The position numbers and the translations under genes are program-made. Below the pieces are notes generated by a model. The model worked only from the letters and a program-made list of their open reading frames with translations, was not told the origin of the DNA and made no database searches. From NCBI GenBank assembly GCA_039801565.1, contig JBDRUX010000054.1, forward strand, positions 1 through 16,539: a stretch of DNA of 16,539 nt. The letters run 5' to 3'. Positions 6,272 through 15,526 of the stretch are shown here, piece by piece (the stretch's first letter is position 1; each line of letters begins with the position of its first letter). Source of the DNA: a candidate division WOR-3 bacterium (GTDB lineage: Bacteria > Hydrothermota > Tepidihabitantia > Tepidihabitantales > JAOUPE01).

Positions 6272-8365
6272 GTGCCAATTTTAGACTCTAAGACCGGACA
6301 GATTAGAAAAGATTATACCGTCGAAGAATTAGAAAAAGCGGCTAATTTGATGCGAGCGTATAATATGATTGCTTTAGCGGCAGCCGGTTCTGGTCATTCT
6401 GGCGGAACCCTCTCGGCAATGGATATCACCGCTGCCCTCTATCTCAAAGTCGCCAATCACGACCCAAAGAATCCATTTTGGGAAGACCGCGACCGTATCA
6501 TCTGGTCAACCGGACATAAAGCACCTTGCCTTTACTTGGGTTTAGGTATGGCAGGATATTTTCCAGTTGAAGATGTGGTTCGCTTAAGAAAACTCTATAG
6601 TCCTTACCAAGGTCATCCCCATTGGCTAAAGCTACCCGGTGTCGAGATTTCATCCGGTTCATTAGGGCAGGGTCTTTCCGTAGGAGTTGGAATCGCCTTA
6701 GCCGCCAAGATGGATAATAAAAACTATCGAGTCTATGTGATGAATGGTGATGGTGAATTACAAGAAGGACAGATCTGGGAAGCGGTGATGGAAGCCGGCA
6801 ATTTTAAATTAGATAATCTGGTCTCAATTGTTGATAAGAACCGCTTACAGATTGATGGTTGGGTGAAGGATGTTCAGGATATTGACCCCCTAAAAGAGAA
6901 ATTTGAAGCCTTCAAATGGAATGTGATTGAGATTGATGGTCATAATATGAAGGAGATTCTTTCGGCTTTTGAGGAAGCGAAAACGGTAAAAGGCAAACCG
7001 ACGGTAATTATTGCTCACACTACTAAAGGGAAAGGGGTTGGTTTTATGGAGAATATCGCCGGCTGGCATGGCAAAGCACCTTCGGAAAAAGAGTGTTACG
7101 ATGCTTTACAATGTCTGGGGGTATCGGATGAACCAATTTCGGGAACAGAAATGGCTGAAGCAGCACTTTTCGATTTAGGCCTGAAAGGCAAGATTGATGT
7201 GAAAAGACTCTTTAAAATCGCCCAGGACTATCAAAATGAAGTGACGGTGAAACTGATGAAAAAGGTGCCAAAGTTCAGTCGGGACTACTTCTGGAACCGA
7301 GGTGAGAAGATGAAAGTGGTGATGGACCCAACTCGTTTCGGTTTCGGTCGGGCTTTAGAGGAAAAAGGCGATGACCCAAGAATCGTCTGTATTGGTGCCG
7401 ATATTTCCGGCTCAATCACGATTAGCCGCTTTTATGAAAAACACCCAGAGCGAAAGAATCGCTGGATTTCAGTCGGTATCGCTGAACAATCAGGAACCGC
7501 GGTGGCTGCTGGCTTAGCTAAAGAAGGTAAGATACCAGTCTTTGGTACCTATGGCGTTTTTGCTGCGGGTAGAAACCTTGACCAATTACGCACTACCGTC
7601 TGCTATGGCAATTTTAATGTCTTCGTTGCCGGGGCACATGGCGGTGTATCAGTTGGTCCGGATGGGGCAACCCATCAGGCATTGGAAGACTTGTTCCAGA
7701 TTTGTGGTCTACCCAATATGCATTGCGAAGTTCCCTGCGATTCAATTGAGACTAAAAAAGCGACCGAATATCTCTTATTTGAGGTAAAAGGACCAAAATA
7801 CTTGAGATTTGCCCGGGAAGCTACACCAATTGTTACTAAACCCGAAACCCCTTATGTTTTTGGTAAAGCGAATGTGATTCGTTTGCGCGAAGAGCGCGAT
7901 AATTTTGTGGATGCATTCGAGATTGTACTTGCTAGCGAATATAAAAATGAAAATGAAGACCTATCAATTATCGCCTGTGGACCAGAAGTGCCAGAGGCAA
8001 TGCGTGCTGCTTACATCTTAAAACAAGAATTCGGCATTGAGACCAGGGTTATCAATATGCACACCTTAAAGCCTTTGGACAAAGAGACGATTATCAAAGC
8101 CGCGCTTGATACCGGAATTATTGTAACGGCTGAAGAACATCAAATTGGTGGCTTAGGGAATTGGGTGTCAAATGTGATTGCAACTGCTAAGGAACTTTAT
8201 GGGAAAAAAGTGATTATGGGAATGATTGGGGTCAAAGACCGTTTCGGCGAATCCGGACAGCCTTGGGAATTGATGTGGGAATTTGAAGTTTCCGGCGAAC
8301 ATATCGCCCAAATGGCAAAAGACCTCTATGATTTTGCTAAGAGAAGAAGAAGGAAAAAGAAGTAA
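6272..8365 (+). CDS. tkt: Transketolase, single chain (TPP-binding, pyrimidine-binding and C-terminal domains)
   Basis: SGHSGG, DRDR..WSTGHKAP, QGHP, GSLGQG, TPP motif GDGELQEG...N, GIAEQ, GPDGATHQ and AEEHQ; GTG start with RBS AAGGAGG overlapping the tal stop. Confidence 0.95.
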   Translation: MPILDSKTGQIRKDYTVEELEKAANLMRAYNMIALAAAGSGHSGGTLSAMDITAALYLKVANHDPKNPFWEDRDRIIWSTGHKAPCLYLGLGMAGYFPVEDVVRLRKLYSPYQGHPHWLKLPGVEISSGSLGQGLSVGVGIALAAKMDNKNYRVYVMNGDGELQEGQIWEAVMEAGNFKLDNLVSIVDKNRLQIDGWVKDVQDIDPLKEKFEAFKWNVIEIDGHNMKEILSAFEEAKTVKGKPTVIIAHTTKGKGVGFMENIAGWHGKAPSEKECYDALQCLGVSDEPISGTEMAEAALFDLGLKGKIDVKRLFKIAQDYQNEVTVKLMKKVPKFSRDYFWNRGEKMKVVMDPTRFGFGRALEEKGDDPRIVCIGADISGSITISRFYEKHPERKNRWISVGIAEQSGTAVAAGLAKEGKIPVFGTYGVFAAGRNLDQLRTTVCYGNFNVFVAGAHGGVSVGPDGATHQALEDLFQICGLPNMHCEVPCDSIETKKATEYLLFEVKGPKYLRFAREATPIVTKPETPYVFGKANVIRLREERDNFVDAFEIVLASEYKNENEDLSIIACGPEVPEAMRAAYILKQEFGIETRVINMHTLKPLDKETIIKAALDTGIIVTAEEHQIGGLGNWVSNVIATAKELYGKKVIMGMIGVKDRFGESGQPWELMWEFEVSGEHIAQMAKDLYDFAKRRRRKKK

Positions 8366-8366
8366 G

Positions 8367-8432
8367 ATGCCAAAAATATCGAGATACCAAAAATGTTATT
8401 TCTGGTTTAAATGGTTCAAAAGTTTAAAATAG
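8367..8432 (+). CDS. Putative 21-aa small ORF MPKISRYQKCYFWFKWFKSLK
   Basis: ATG 8367, 1 nt after the tkt stop, to TAG 8430-8432; purine-rich upstream sequence. Translation unproven. Confidence 0.25.
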   Translation: MPKISRYQKCYFWFKWFKSLK

Positions 8433-8439
8433 TTCAAAG
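8405..8439 (+). repeat. Degenerate ~9-bp tandem repeat (GTTYAA), copy 2
   Basis: gtttaaatg-gttcaaaa-gtttaaaata-gttcaaag running into the RBS of the aminotransferase. Confidence 0.65.
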
Positions 8440-8449
8440 GAGGCGATAG

Positions 8450-9667
8450 ATGCCGAAATTAGCCAAAAGGATAAAAAGATTAAGAAAGATTGAATGCTTT
8501 CCAAAACTCTCCTGGCGGATGGAGTGTTTGGGGACGGAAACCGCCTTTGATGTCTTAGTTAAAGCACGACAGTTGGAAGCACAGGGCAAGAGTATCATTC
8601 ATTTAGAGATTGGCGAACCGGATTTTGACACCCCCGCCAATATCAAAGAAGCAGCCAAGCGAGCCTTGGACGAGGGCTACACTCATTATGGCCCCTCGGC
8701 TGGACTACCAGAATTGCGAAAACTGATTGCGGAAAAGGCGGGCGAGTTGCGCGGAATGAAATTCGAACCGGAAGAAGTAGTCGTCACACCGGGCGCTAAG
8801 CCAATAATGTCCTTTGCAATGATGGCAATCATTGAAGACGGTGATGAAGTAATCTGTGTTGACCCTGGATTTCCAATCTATGAGTCAATGATTCGGTATA
8901 TGGGCGGAGTCTATATCCCACTGGTCCTACGGGAAAAGAATGATTTCTTACCAGACCCAAAAGAATTGAAACGGAAATTATCCAAAAAGACTCGGCTGGT
9001 AATTCTTAATTTTCCCCATAACCCCTGTGGTAGTGCGGCAAGCGAAAGCCATTTGAAAGAGCTGGTTGAAGTATTAGAACCTTATAAGAATTGCTGGATT
9101 TTATCCGATGAGGTATATTCCCGGATAATCTATGAAGAGAAATTTGTCTCAATTGCCCAATTTCCTGGGATGAAAGAAAGGACAATTATCCTTGATGGTT
9201 TTTCCAAAACTTATGCGATGACCGGTTGGCGAATCGGTTATGGTATAATGCCAAAAGAGTTAGCAGTTGAGATTGCCCGAATTGAGACCAACATCAACTC
9301 TTGCACAGCTACTTTTATTCAACGTGCTTGTCTGGAGGCGTTGGCCGGACCGCAGGACGAGCCAGAAAGAATGCGTCAAGAGTTCCAGCGCCGACGGGAT
9401 GTGATTGTTGAAGGGTTAAATAATATCAAAGGCTTTCGGGTCAAGAAACCCGCAGGCGCCTTTTATGTCTTTCCCAATGTTGAGGAGACCGGCATTGACT
9501 TTCGTGAATTGGCTGACCGGTTACTTACCGAAGCTGGTGTTGCTTGTTTGGCTGGAACTTGTTTTGGTAAATATGGCAAAGGCTTCATTCGTTTCTCTTA
9601 TGCCAATTCGGTTGAAAACATTCAAAAGGCACTGGCTCGGATTGAAGCACTGGTTGGCAAAAAATAG
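8450..9667 (+). CDS. PLP-dependent aminotransferase class I/II (aspartate aminotransferase-like)
   Basis: LEIGEPDF, THYGPSAG..ELR, VTPGAK, NFPHNP.G, SDEVY, PLP-lysine motif GFSKTYAMTGWRIG, GAFYVFP and IRFSYA; RBS AGGAGG. Confidence 0.93.
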   Translation: MPKLAKRIKRLRKIECFPKLSWRMECLGTETAFDVLVKARQLEAQGKSIIHLEIGEPDFDTPANIKEAAKRALDEGYTHYGPSAGLPELRKLIAEKAGELRGMKFEPEEVVVTPGAKPIMSFAMMAIIEDGDEVICVDPGFPIYESMIRYMGGVYIPLVLREKNDFLPDPKELKRKLSKKTRLVILNFPHNPCGSAASESHLKELVEVLEPYKNCWILSDEVYSRIIYEEKFVSIAQFPGMKERTIILDGFSKTYAMTGWRIGYGIMPKELAVEIARIETNINSCTATFIQRACLEALAGPQDEPERMRQEFQRRRDVIVEGLNNIKGFRVKKPAGAFYVFPNVEETGIDFRELADRLLTEAGVACLAGTCFGKYGKGFIRFSYANSVENIQKALARIEALVGKK

Positions 9668-9851
9668 TTACCGCAAATAGAAAATAACGAAGTCAAATTC
9701 GAAATTTCCTTAAGGTCCTTTGTGGCGGAAATCTCTACAACTTTTCGAACAATTTTGAATTTCTTAAACACATACTGTTAGTCTAAAAATAACCTGTGAA
9801 ATCATGCCCGTGGGGTAAAAATGTTTGCAAGCCCCCGGTATGGATAAGCTA

Positions 9852-9893
9852 ATTCAAGTCGTTCAAAGAGTTCAAGCTGGTTTAATGGGTTAA
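9852..9893 (+). repeat. Degenerate ~9-bp tandem repeat (GTTYAA), copy 3
   Basis: attcaagtc-gttcaaaga-gttcaagctg-gtttaatgg-gttaa, overlapping the stop codon of the minus-strand DUF4159-like gene. Confidence 0.6.
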
Positions 9894-10550
9894 GGCATAA
9901 GCAACAATATTGATGCCCATCCTAAAGGCTAATTCTCGTTTCTCTTCCGGATCATTATGAGCAATTGTCCAGCCATCACTAATGTTAGTATTGTAAGTAT
10001 AAAAAACGACTAACCGGTTCTGATAAAATATGCCAAAACCTTTAGGTGGTCCTTCGTAATGCTCGTGGATTTTAGGCAAACCATTAGGGAAGGAATAAAT
10101 GATATGATAGATTGGATGGTCAAACGGCAACTCGACTAATTCGGAATTAGGAAAGACCTTGGCTATTTCACGCCGAAATGGTTCATCCATTCCATAATCA
10201 TCATCAGCATAAAGAAAACCACCGTTAGTGAGATAGTTTCGCAGCCGCACCACTTCTTGTTCATCAAAGATGATATTGCCGTGTCCGGTGATAAAAAGAA
10301 ATGGATAGTTGGTGAGTTTATCATCGAGTAGAGTAACGACCGCTTCGCTTTCGACAGTTGCGATGTTAGTTTGTCGGTTTAACTCTTTTGCCAGATTAGG
10401 AATTGCGTCCGGGTCATTATACCAATCACCACCACCTTGGTATTTGAGCCGGGCTAAAGCGACAAGGCCGGTCGTTTGAGCATTAGCAAAACTGATTACC
10501 GAAATCAAGAACCACAAGATTATCAACCTGCCCAATCCCATATTTAGCAT
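9882..10550 (-). CDS. DUF4159-like exported protein
   Basis: Signal peptide (...LISVISFANA-Q); ARLKYQGGGDWYND, YPFLFITGHG, LRNYLTNGGFLYADDDYG, LPFDHPIY, GLPKIHEH, DGW and MGINI..YALTH match the family pattern. Confidence 0.85.
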   Translation of the reverse strand: MLNMGLGRLIILWFLISVISFANAQTTGLVALARLKYQGGGDWYNDPDAIPNLAKELNRQTNIATVESEAVVTLLDDKLTNYPFLFITGHGNIIFDEQEVVRLRNYLTNGGFLYADDDYGMDEPFRREIAKVFPNSELVELPFDHPIYHIIYSFPNGLPKIHEHYEGPPKGFGIFYQNRLVVFYTYNTNISDGWTIAHNDPEEKRELAFRMGINIVAYALTH

Positions 10551-10623
10551 CTATTTTCTACTTTTTAATTTTTGACTACAGATAGTTGCGAATGTCTAAT
10601 CCGATGCTTTCTGTGATAGCTGG

Positions 10624-11499
10624 TTACCAACCACTAATTCCACCTGATGTTAGTTTACATTTATTATCTTTCAGTTCGGTAAGATACCGATAAGGAACTT
10701 TAACCTCTCCCATAAATAATTTTCCCTTTCTGCCGCCGTGACAATCCGAACCACCGGTTATAAGTAATCCGTTCTTCTGACAGATTTCCCAATAATGGTC
10801 AGCGAGATTTTGGGTGTGTTCGGGATGCCAAACTTCTAACCCAACCACTCCGGCTTCGATTAAATGATAAATTAACTCTTCACTATGATAACTTCCGGGG
10901 TGAGCTAAAATTGGAATGCCCGAAAATTTTTTAATTAGTTTAATCGCCGCTTCCGGACTGATCTCCATTTTGGCAACGTAGGCGGGGCAGTGGTAACCGA
11001 TAAACTTCCAAAAGGCTTCATTAAACGAATTGACATAACCTTCTTCCAAGAGGGCTTGGGCAATATGGGGTCTTCCTACCGAGGCACCGGCGGAGAGTTC
11101 CAGCACTCGGCTAACATCAATTTTGATACCCTGTTCGGAAAGTTTACCCACTATCCTCTTGGCGCGCTCCAGACGCTGTTTTTGCACCGAACTCAAAAAA
11201 TCTAAAAGTTCCTGGTTTTGATAATCGAGATAATAACCCAGAATATGAATGTCTAAATTGTTATGGATGCAACTCAGTTCAACCGCTGGTACAATTTCGA
11301 TACCAATTGCTGAACCTACAGACTGAGCTCGTTCAATCCCGCTAACCGAATCATGGTCAGCGATTCCGATGGCAACTAATCCAAATTCCTTAGCTTTTCT
11401 GACCACCTCTTCCGGTGATAAAAGGCCGTCCGAACAATTAGTATGAATATGGAGGTCAACAAAGTCTGCTTTTCGCTCTTCGTTATCCGCACTTTGCAT
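10624..11499 (-). CDS. PHP-domain phosphoesterase (TrpH/YciV-like)
   Basis: DLHIHTNCSDG, IADHD, VELS, HILGY, GRPHIA, LAHP, GLEVWHPEH and TGGSDCHG. Confidence 0.92.
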   Translation of the reverse strand: MQSADNEERKADFVDLHIHTNCSDGLLSPEEVVRKAKEFGLVAIGIADHDSVSGIERAQSVGSAIGIEIVPAVELSCIHNNLDIHILGYYLDYQNQELLDFLSSVQKQRLERAKRIVGKLSEQGIKIDVSRVLELSAGASVGRPHIAQALLEEGYVNSFNEAFWKFIGYHCPAYVAKMEISPEAAIKLIKKFSGIPILAHPGSYHSEELIYHLIEAGVVGLEVWHPEHTQNLADHYWEICQKNGLLITGGSDCHGGRKGKLFMGEVKVPYRYLTELKDNKCKLTSGGISGW

Positions 11500-11501
11500 T
11501 T

Positions 11502-13025
11502 TTATTCGCCAACCAATCTGGTTTCTACTAAAGCAATCAATTCGTCAAGAATCGGTTTTGCTTTCTTTTGTAGTTGTGTCAGCGCGGTTCGTTTCTCCTT
11601 AACAAAATTTTCATCAGTAATTGCTGGCAAATTTATCAGTACATTCAAGCGCGCACCTTCAAATGCCGTATTGAGATAATGTAGTGCAACACCGGCATCG
11701 GAAATTGAATTTTTATTCCCCTTTGCCACAATCGGTTGGCATAGCATCAATGTCGTTAAAGCATTTTCCATAGTTGCCAGTGGCACCTCGGTTGCTTTTT
11801 TATTGGCTTCACAAATTGCCGCTAGTCGTTGCGCTTTTTCGGCATCGGTGGTTTTAGGTAATTTATAGGCTTGCATTACCGAATCAAAAGCTTGGGCATC
11901 TTCAGTGATTAGATTGTAGAAACGATTTTTAATTGGTTCCAGTTGCTCTTTTGCTTGTCTAATTTCATCAGCCACGGCTTCGTAGCCTTTTTTACCAATC
12001 GTCAAATTCGCAACCATCAGCAATAAGGCTGTTCCAATCGCACCAGCTAAAGCCGAACAAGAACCGCCCCCCGGAGTCGGAGAAGAAGAAGACACATCAC
12101 TAATAAAATCAGCCAAACTCTTTCCGGCCTGAGTTAGCCGATTTTCTAAGATTTGATTAGGACTAAACCCCCAAAGTTGCAGGTAATTAACCGCAGTATC
12201 AATCAATGCCTGCTGGGGAACCAAACCGACAATTTCACTTTCCTTAATCATTACTCCATACCGCTCGGCTTCTCTTTTCACGGTGTCAAACACGCGAAAG
12301 AGCGGCGTCGCCTGATAATTGGTCATATTGATTGAGACCTGGACACAATTCTTCTCTTTAATTTCAAAACCCAGTGCCTTCACATAACGAAAACCGCCGT
12401 TACGGAAACGAATCGCCTTGGCAATATTGTCAGCAATTCTCTTATCCTGAGTTTCGAGATTTATGTTATAAGCGATTAATGGAAATCGGACACCAACTAC
12501 CGTTGCCCCGGCGCTGGGGTGAAGTTCCGGTTTACCAAAATCGGGTGCTCGGTCAGGATTGGTTCTAATCTCTTCGCGTAAACCTTCGAATTCACCCTTT
12601 CGGATATTAGCCAAATCCTGACGTTCCGGGCGGGTTGCGGCCGCTTCATAAAGATAGACCGGAATTCCCAATTCATCTGAGATTCTTTTGCCTAATCGGC
12701 GTGCCAATTCGACACATTCTTCAGTTGTGACATTAGAAATCGGAACCAACGGTACAACATCAGTTGCCCCGATTCTGGGATGTTCACCCTTATGGGTACG
12801 CAGGTCAATCAATTCCGAAGCAATCTTAACTGCCCGGAACGCTGCTTCAACCACCACCTCAGGCTCACCAACAAATGTTATCACCGCCCGATTATGGTCA
12901 GCATTCATCTCTCGGTCAAGGAGCGTGACACCACTAACCGATTGAATAGCCGCTACTATTTTATCAATAACCTCGGGACGACGTCCTTCGCTAAAATTTG
13001 GGACACACTCGACAATTCTTGCCAT
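11502..13025 (-). CDS. ftcd: Bifunctional glutamate formimidoyltransferase / formiminotetrahydrofolate cyclodeaminase
   Basis: IVECVPNFSEGR, DHNRAV, HKGEHPRIGATDVVP, RKGEFEGL and QVSIN (FT domain), then SPTPGGGS.SA...SISDAGVA...NV.INL (cyclodeaminase). ATG at 13025 with GGAG upstream. Confidence 0.95.
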   Translation of the reverse strand: MARIVECVPNFSEGRRPEVIDKIVAAIQSVSGVTLLDREMNADHNRAVITFVGEPEVVVEAAFRAVKIASELIDLRTHKGEHPRIGATDVVPLVPISNVTTEECVELARRLGKRISDELGIPVYLYEAAATRPERQDLANIRKGEFEGLREEIRTNPDRAPDFGKPELHPSAGATVVGVRFPLIAYNINLETQDKRIADNIAKAIRFRNGGFRYVKALGFEIKEKNCVQVSINMTNYQATPLFRVFDTVKREAERYGVMIKESEIVGLVPQQALIDTAVNYLQLWGFSPNQILENRLTQAGKSLADFISDVSSSSPTPGGGSCSALAGAIGTALLLMVANLTIGKKGYEAVADEIRQAKEQLEPIKNRFYNLITEDAQAFDSVMQAYKLPKTTDAEKAQRLAAICEANKKATEVPLATMENALTTLMLCQPIVAKGNKNSISDAGVALHYLNTAFEGARLNVLINLPAITDENFVKEKRTALTQLQKKAKPILDELIALVETRLVGE

Positions 13026-13079
13026 ATTCAATCACTCCATAAATTTCATCAATCTGTCTCCAACTTACGGATCCCAAAC

Positions 13080-14003
13080 CTATTGGTTTTGAGTGCGTCG
13101 TAACAATTTCTCCCAGCGCCGGTCAACCTCTCTTTGAAACGCATCCAAGAGATTTTGATTTTTCGGCTTAAATAGATGGCGAAAACGGTCTTGCTCCTTC
13201 AACCATTCAATCACTGGCTTCTTCTCTTTCGGAATATAATTAACCCGATAGGTACCATTTTCATATTCATACAGGGGCCAAAAACAGGTCTCAACCGCTA
13301 AACGCGACATCTCGATAGTCTTACTAGAAGGATAGCCCCAACCCAAGGGGCAAGGTACTAAGACATTAATGAAACTCGGTCCTTGGATACTTAGTGCCTT
13401 ACGCACCTTATTGGCTAAATCGTTCCAGTTTTGAATAGTCGCTTGGGCAGCATAGGGGATATCGTGAGCAATCATAATCTCAACAATATCCTTTCGCCAT
13501 TGCATTTTACCGGGGATTCTCTCACCAGCTGGTGAAGTAGTGGTATGAGCCCCAAAAGGTGTTGCCGAAGACCGCTGAATTCCGGTATTCATATAGGCTT
13601 CGTTATCCAAACAGACATATAAAAACCGATGTCCCCTTTCCACCGCGCCCGAAAGTGCTTGAAATCCAATATCGTAAGTACCACCATCACCACCAAAGGC
13701 AATAAAATTGATATCGCGATTAAGCAATCCTTTGCGTCGGAAAACCTTATAAGCCGCTTCTACACCTGAAATCGTTGCCGCAGCATTCTCAAATGCATTG
13801 TGAAACATTGGAACCTGCCAGGCGGTATGGGGATAGATTGTAGAAACAATCTCTAAACAACCGGTTGGCATCACGCAAACTACGGGTTTAATTGCCGCTA
13901 ATAAGACTTGTCGGACTGCTAAGACTTCGCCGCAACCGGCGCAAGCCCGATGACCCGACGAGAACAGTTCAGGTTCTTTACAAAGTTCCTTTAATGATGG
14001 CAT
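13080..14003 (-). CDS. porB: Pyruvate/2-oxoacid:ferredoxin oxidoreductase beta subunit
   Basis: GHRACAGCG, TGCLE, FENAAA, TPP motif GGDGGTYDIG...DNEAYMNTG and PCPLGW. Start at ATG 14003 (RBS GAGGTG) rather than 14054. Confidence 0.93.
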   Translation of the reverse strand: MPSLKELCKEPELFSSGHRACAGCGEVLAVRQVLLAAIKPVVCVMPTGCLEIVSTIYPHTAWQVPMFHNAFENAAATISGVEAAYKVFRRKGLLNRDINFIAFGGDGGTYDIGFQALSGAVERGHRFLYVCLDNEAYMNTGIQRSSATPFGAHTTTSPAGERIPGKMQWRKDIVEIMIAHDIPYAAQATIQNWNDLANKVRKALSIQGPSFINVLVPCPLGWGYPSSKTIEMSRLAVETCFWPLYEYENGTYRVNYIPKEKKPVIEWLKEQDRFRHLFKPKNQNLLDAFQREVDRRWEKLLRRTQNQ

Positions 14004-14054
14004 CTTATCACCTCTTATTTTTTGCCATAGAGCCCTTTGGTGTCTTGGTAGCAA

Positions 14055-15239
14055 TCATTCCCTCACTCCGACATAAGTTACTTCATCCTTCATTTTTCCG
14101 GTTTTAGCCATCGTCAGTAATTCATCCAAAACATTCATTATATCTTCCGGCGTAATTTCCCGTCCCCCCAAACCGTAGACATAAGAAGGAACTAATGGCT
14201 TGTGACAATTTTGAATTTGACCTGCTGGATAAAGCGCCGAGCGGATCTCATTGGTTAAAGGACTGACATAGGAGTTAACCGATTCAACTCTATCCAATAC
14301 TCCGACGACCTTAAACTTACCCAAGAAATCCTTAATTCTTTGGTGGACCAAGGGTCGAAAGACCCTAAGTTTTACCATTCCAACTTGTTTGCCTTCGCGT
14401 CGTAGATTATCAACTGCAATTCGGGCAGTACCAACGGTTGATCCCATCGCTAAGACCACCGCTTCCGCATCGTCGGTTCGATAACCTTCGAGTACGGGAT
14501 AATTTCTACCGAACTTTTGAGCAAAATCAGCAATCACCTTTTCAATCACCGGCAGCGCCTCTATCATTCCTTGGGCTTGGGCACGTTTATGCTCAAAATA
14601 AGAGTCCGGCAAACAAGCTGGACTTACTGTGATTGGATTGTCAACATCTAATAACGAGTAGTTTGGTTTCAATTTGCCAACAAATTTTTGCACCTGATCG
14701 TCATCTAAGACTTCGATTCGGTCCATACAATGGGAAAGAATAAAACCATCAATTGCAACAATTACGGGTAAGTAGCAAGACTCAGCAATCTTTACTGCCT
14801 GAATCACACTATCATAGCCCTCTTGGGAGTTTTCGCAGAAGATTTGAATCCAACCTGAATCACGGGAAGCCACTGAATCGGAATGGTCGCAATGGATATT
14901 GAGGGGCGAAGAAAGGCTTCGGCTTGCCACACACATCACAATTGGCAGGCGTAAGCCTGAGGCGATGAAGAGCATTTCGTGCATCAATGCCAGGCCTTGC
15001 GAAGCGGTAGCGGTCATTGCCCGTGCCCCGGCAGCAGCCGCACCGATGCAAGCACTCATTGCCGAATGTTCACTCTCAACCGCCACATACTCGGTATCAA
15101 CTAAACCATCAGCCACGTAACTGGAGAATATTTGGACAATTTCGGTTGACGGGGTAATTGGATAAGCAGCTACCACATCCGGGTTTATCTGTTTCATCGC
15201 ATAAGCCATTGCCTCGTTACCAGTTTTCGCGACAATCAT
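14055..15239 (-). CDS. porA: Pyruvate/2-oxoacid:ferredoxin oxidoreductase alpha subunit
   Basis: [46 protein letters not shown] and YGLGGR. Confidence 0.93.
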   Translation of the reverse strand: MIVAKTGNEAMAYAMKQINPDVVAAYPITPSTEIVQIFSSYVADGLVDTEYVAVESEHSAMSACIGAAAAGARAMTATASQGLALMHEMLFIASGLRLPIVMCVASRSLSSPLNIHCDHSDSVASRDSGWIQIFCENSQEGYDSVIQAVKIAESCYLPVIVAIDGFILSHCMDRIEVLDDDQVQKFVGKLKPNYSLLDVDNPITVSPACLPDSYFEHKRAQAQGMIEALPVIEKVIADFAQKFGRNYPVLEGYRTDDAEAVVLAMGSTVGTARIAVDNLRREGKQVGMVKLRVFRPLVHQRIKDFLGKFKVVGVLDRVESVNSYVSPLTNEIRSALYPAGQIQNCHKPLVPSYVYGLGGREITPEDIMNVLDELLTMAKTGKMKDEVTYVGVRE

Positions 15240-15526
15240 TTCTCCTCCTTCACCATCTTAATCGCTTTTACCTTAGGTGGGCAGACCTCGACACAAATAC
15301 CACAACCTTTGCAGTAGTCTAAATCAATCTCAACTACCTTACCGTCTTTGATTTTTATTGCAGCATCTGGACAATAGATCCAACAAACCAGACAGTTAAT
15401 ACACTTAGTTTTGTCTAAAACTGGGCGCATTGTGCGCCAGGTGCCAGTTTTATTTTCCAATACTGCCTTAGTATCAGTTAGGATGGCACCGCAAGGTAAT
15501 TCTTTCCAGCTCTTCAGTTTTGTCAT
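15236..15526 (-). CDS. porD: 2-oxoacid:ferredoxin oxidoreductase delta subunit, 2[4Fe-4S]
   Basis: [22 protein letters not shown] and [17 protein letters not shown] overlaps with both neighbours. Confidence 0.93.
   Translation of the reverse strand: MTKLKSWKELPCGAILTDTKAVLENKTGTWRTMRPVLDKTKCINCLVCWIYCPDAAIKIKDGKVVEIDLDYCKGCGICVEVCPPKVKAIKMVKEEK

Noticed and set aside
5578..9680. ORFs 5578..5934(-), 7542..7787(+) and 9465..9680(+)
   Set aside because: Shadows of tal, tkt and the aminotransferase.
8405..9893. GTTYAA tracts as CRISPR repeats
   Set aside because: Units are ~9 bp, contiguous and degenerate, with no spacers and no cas genes.
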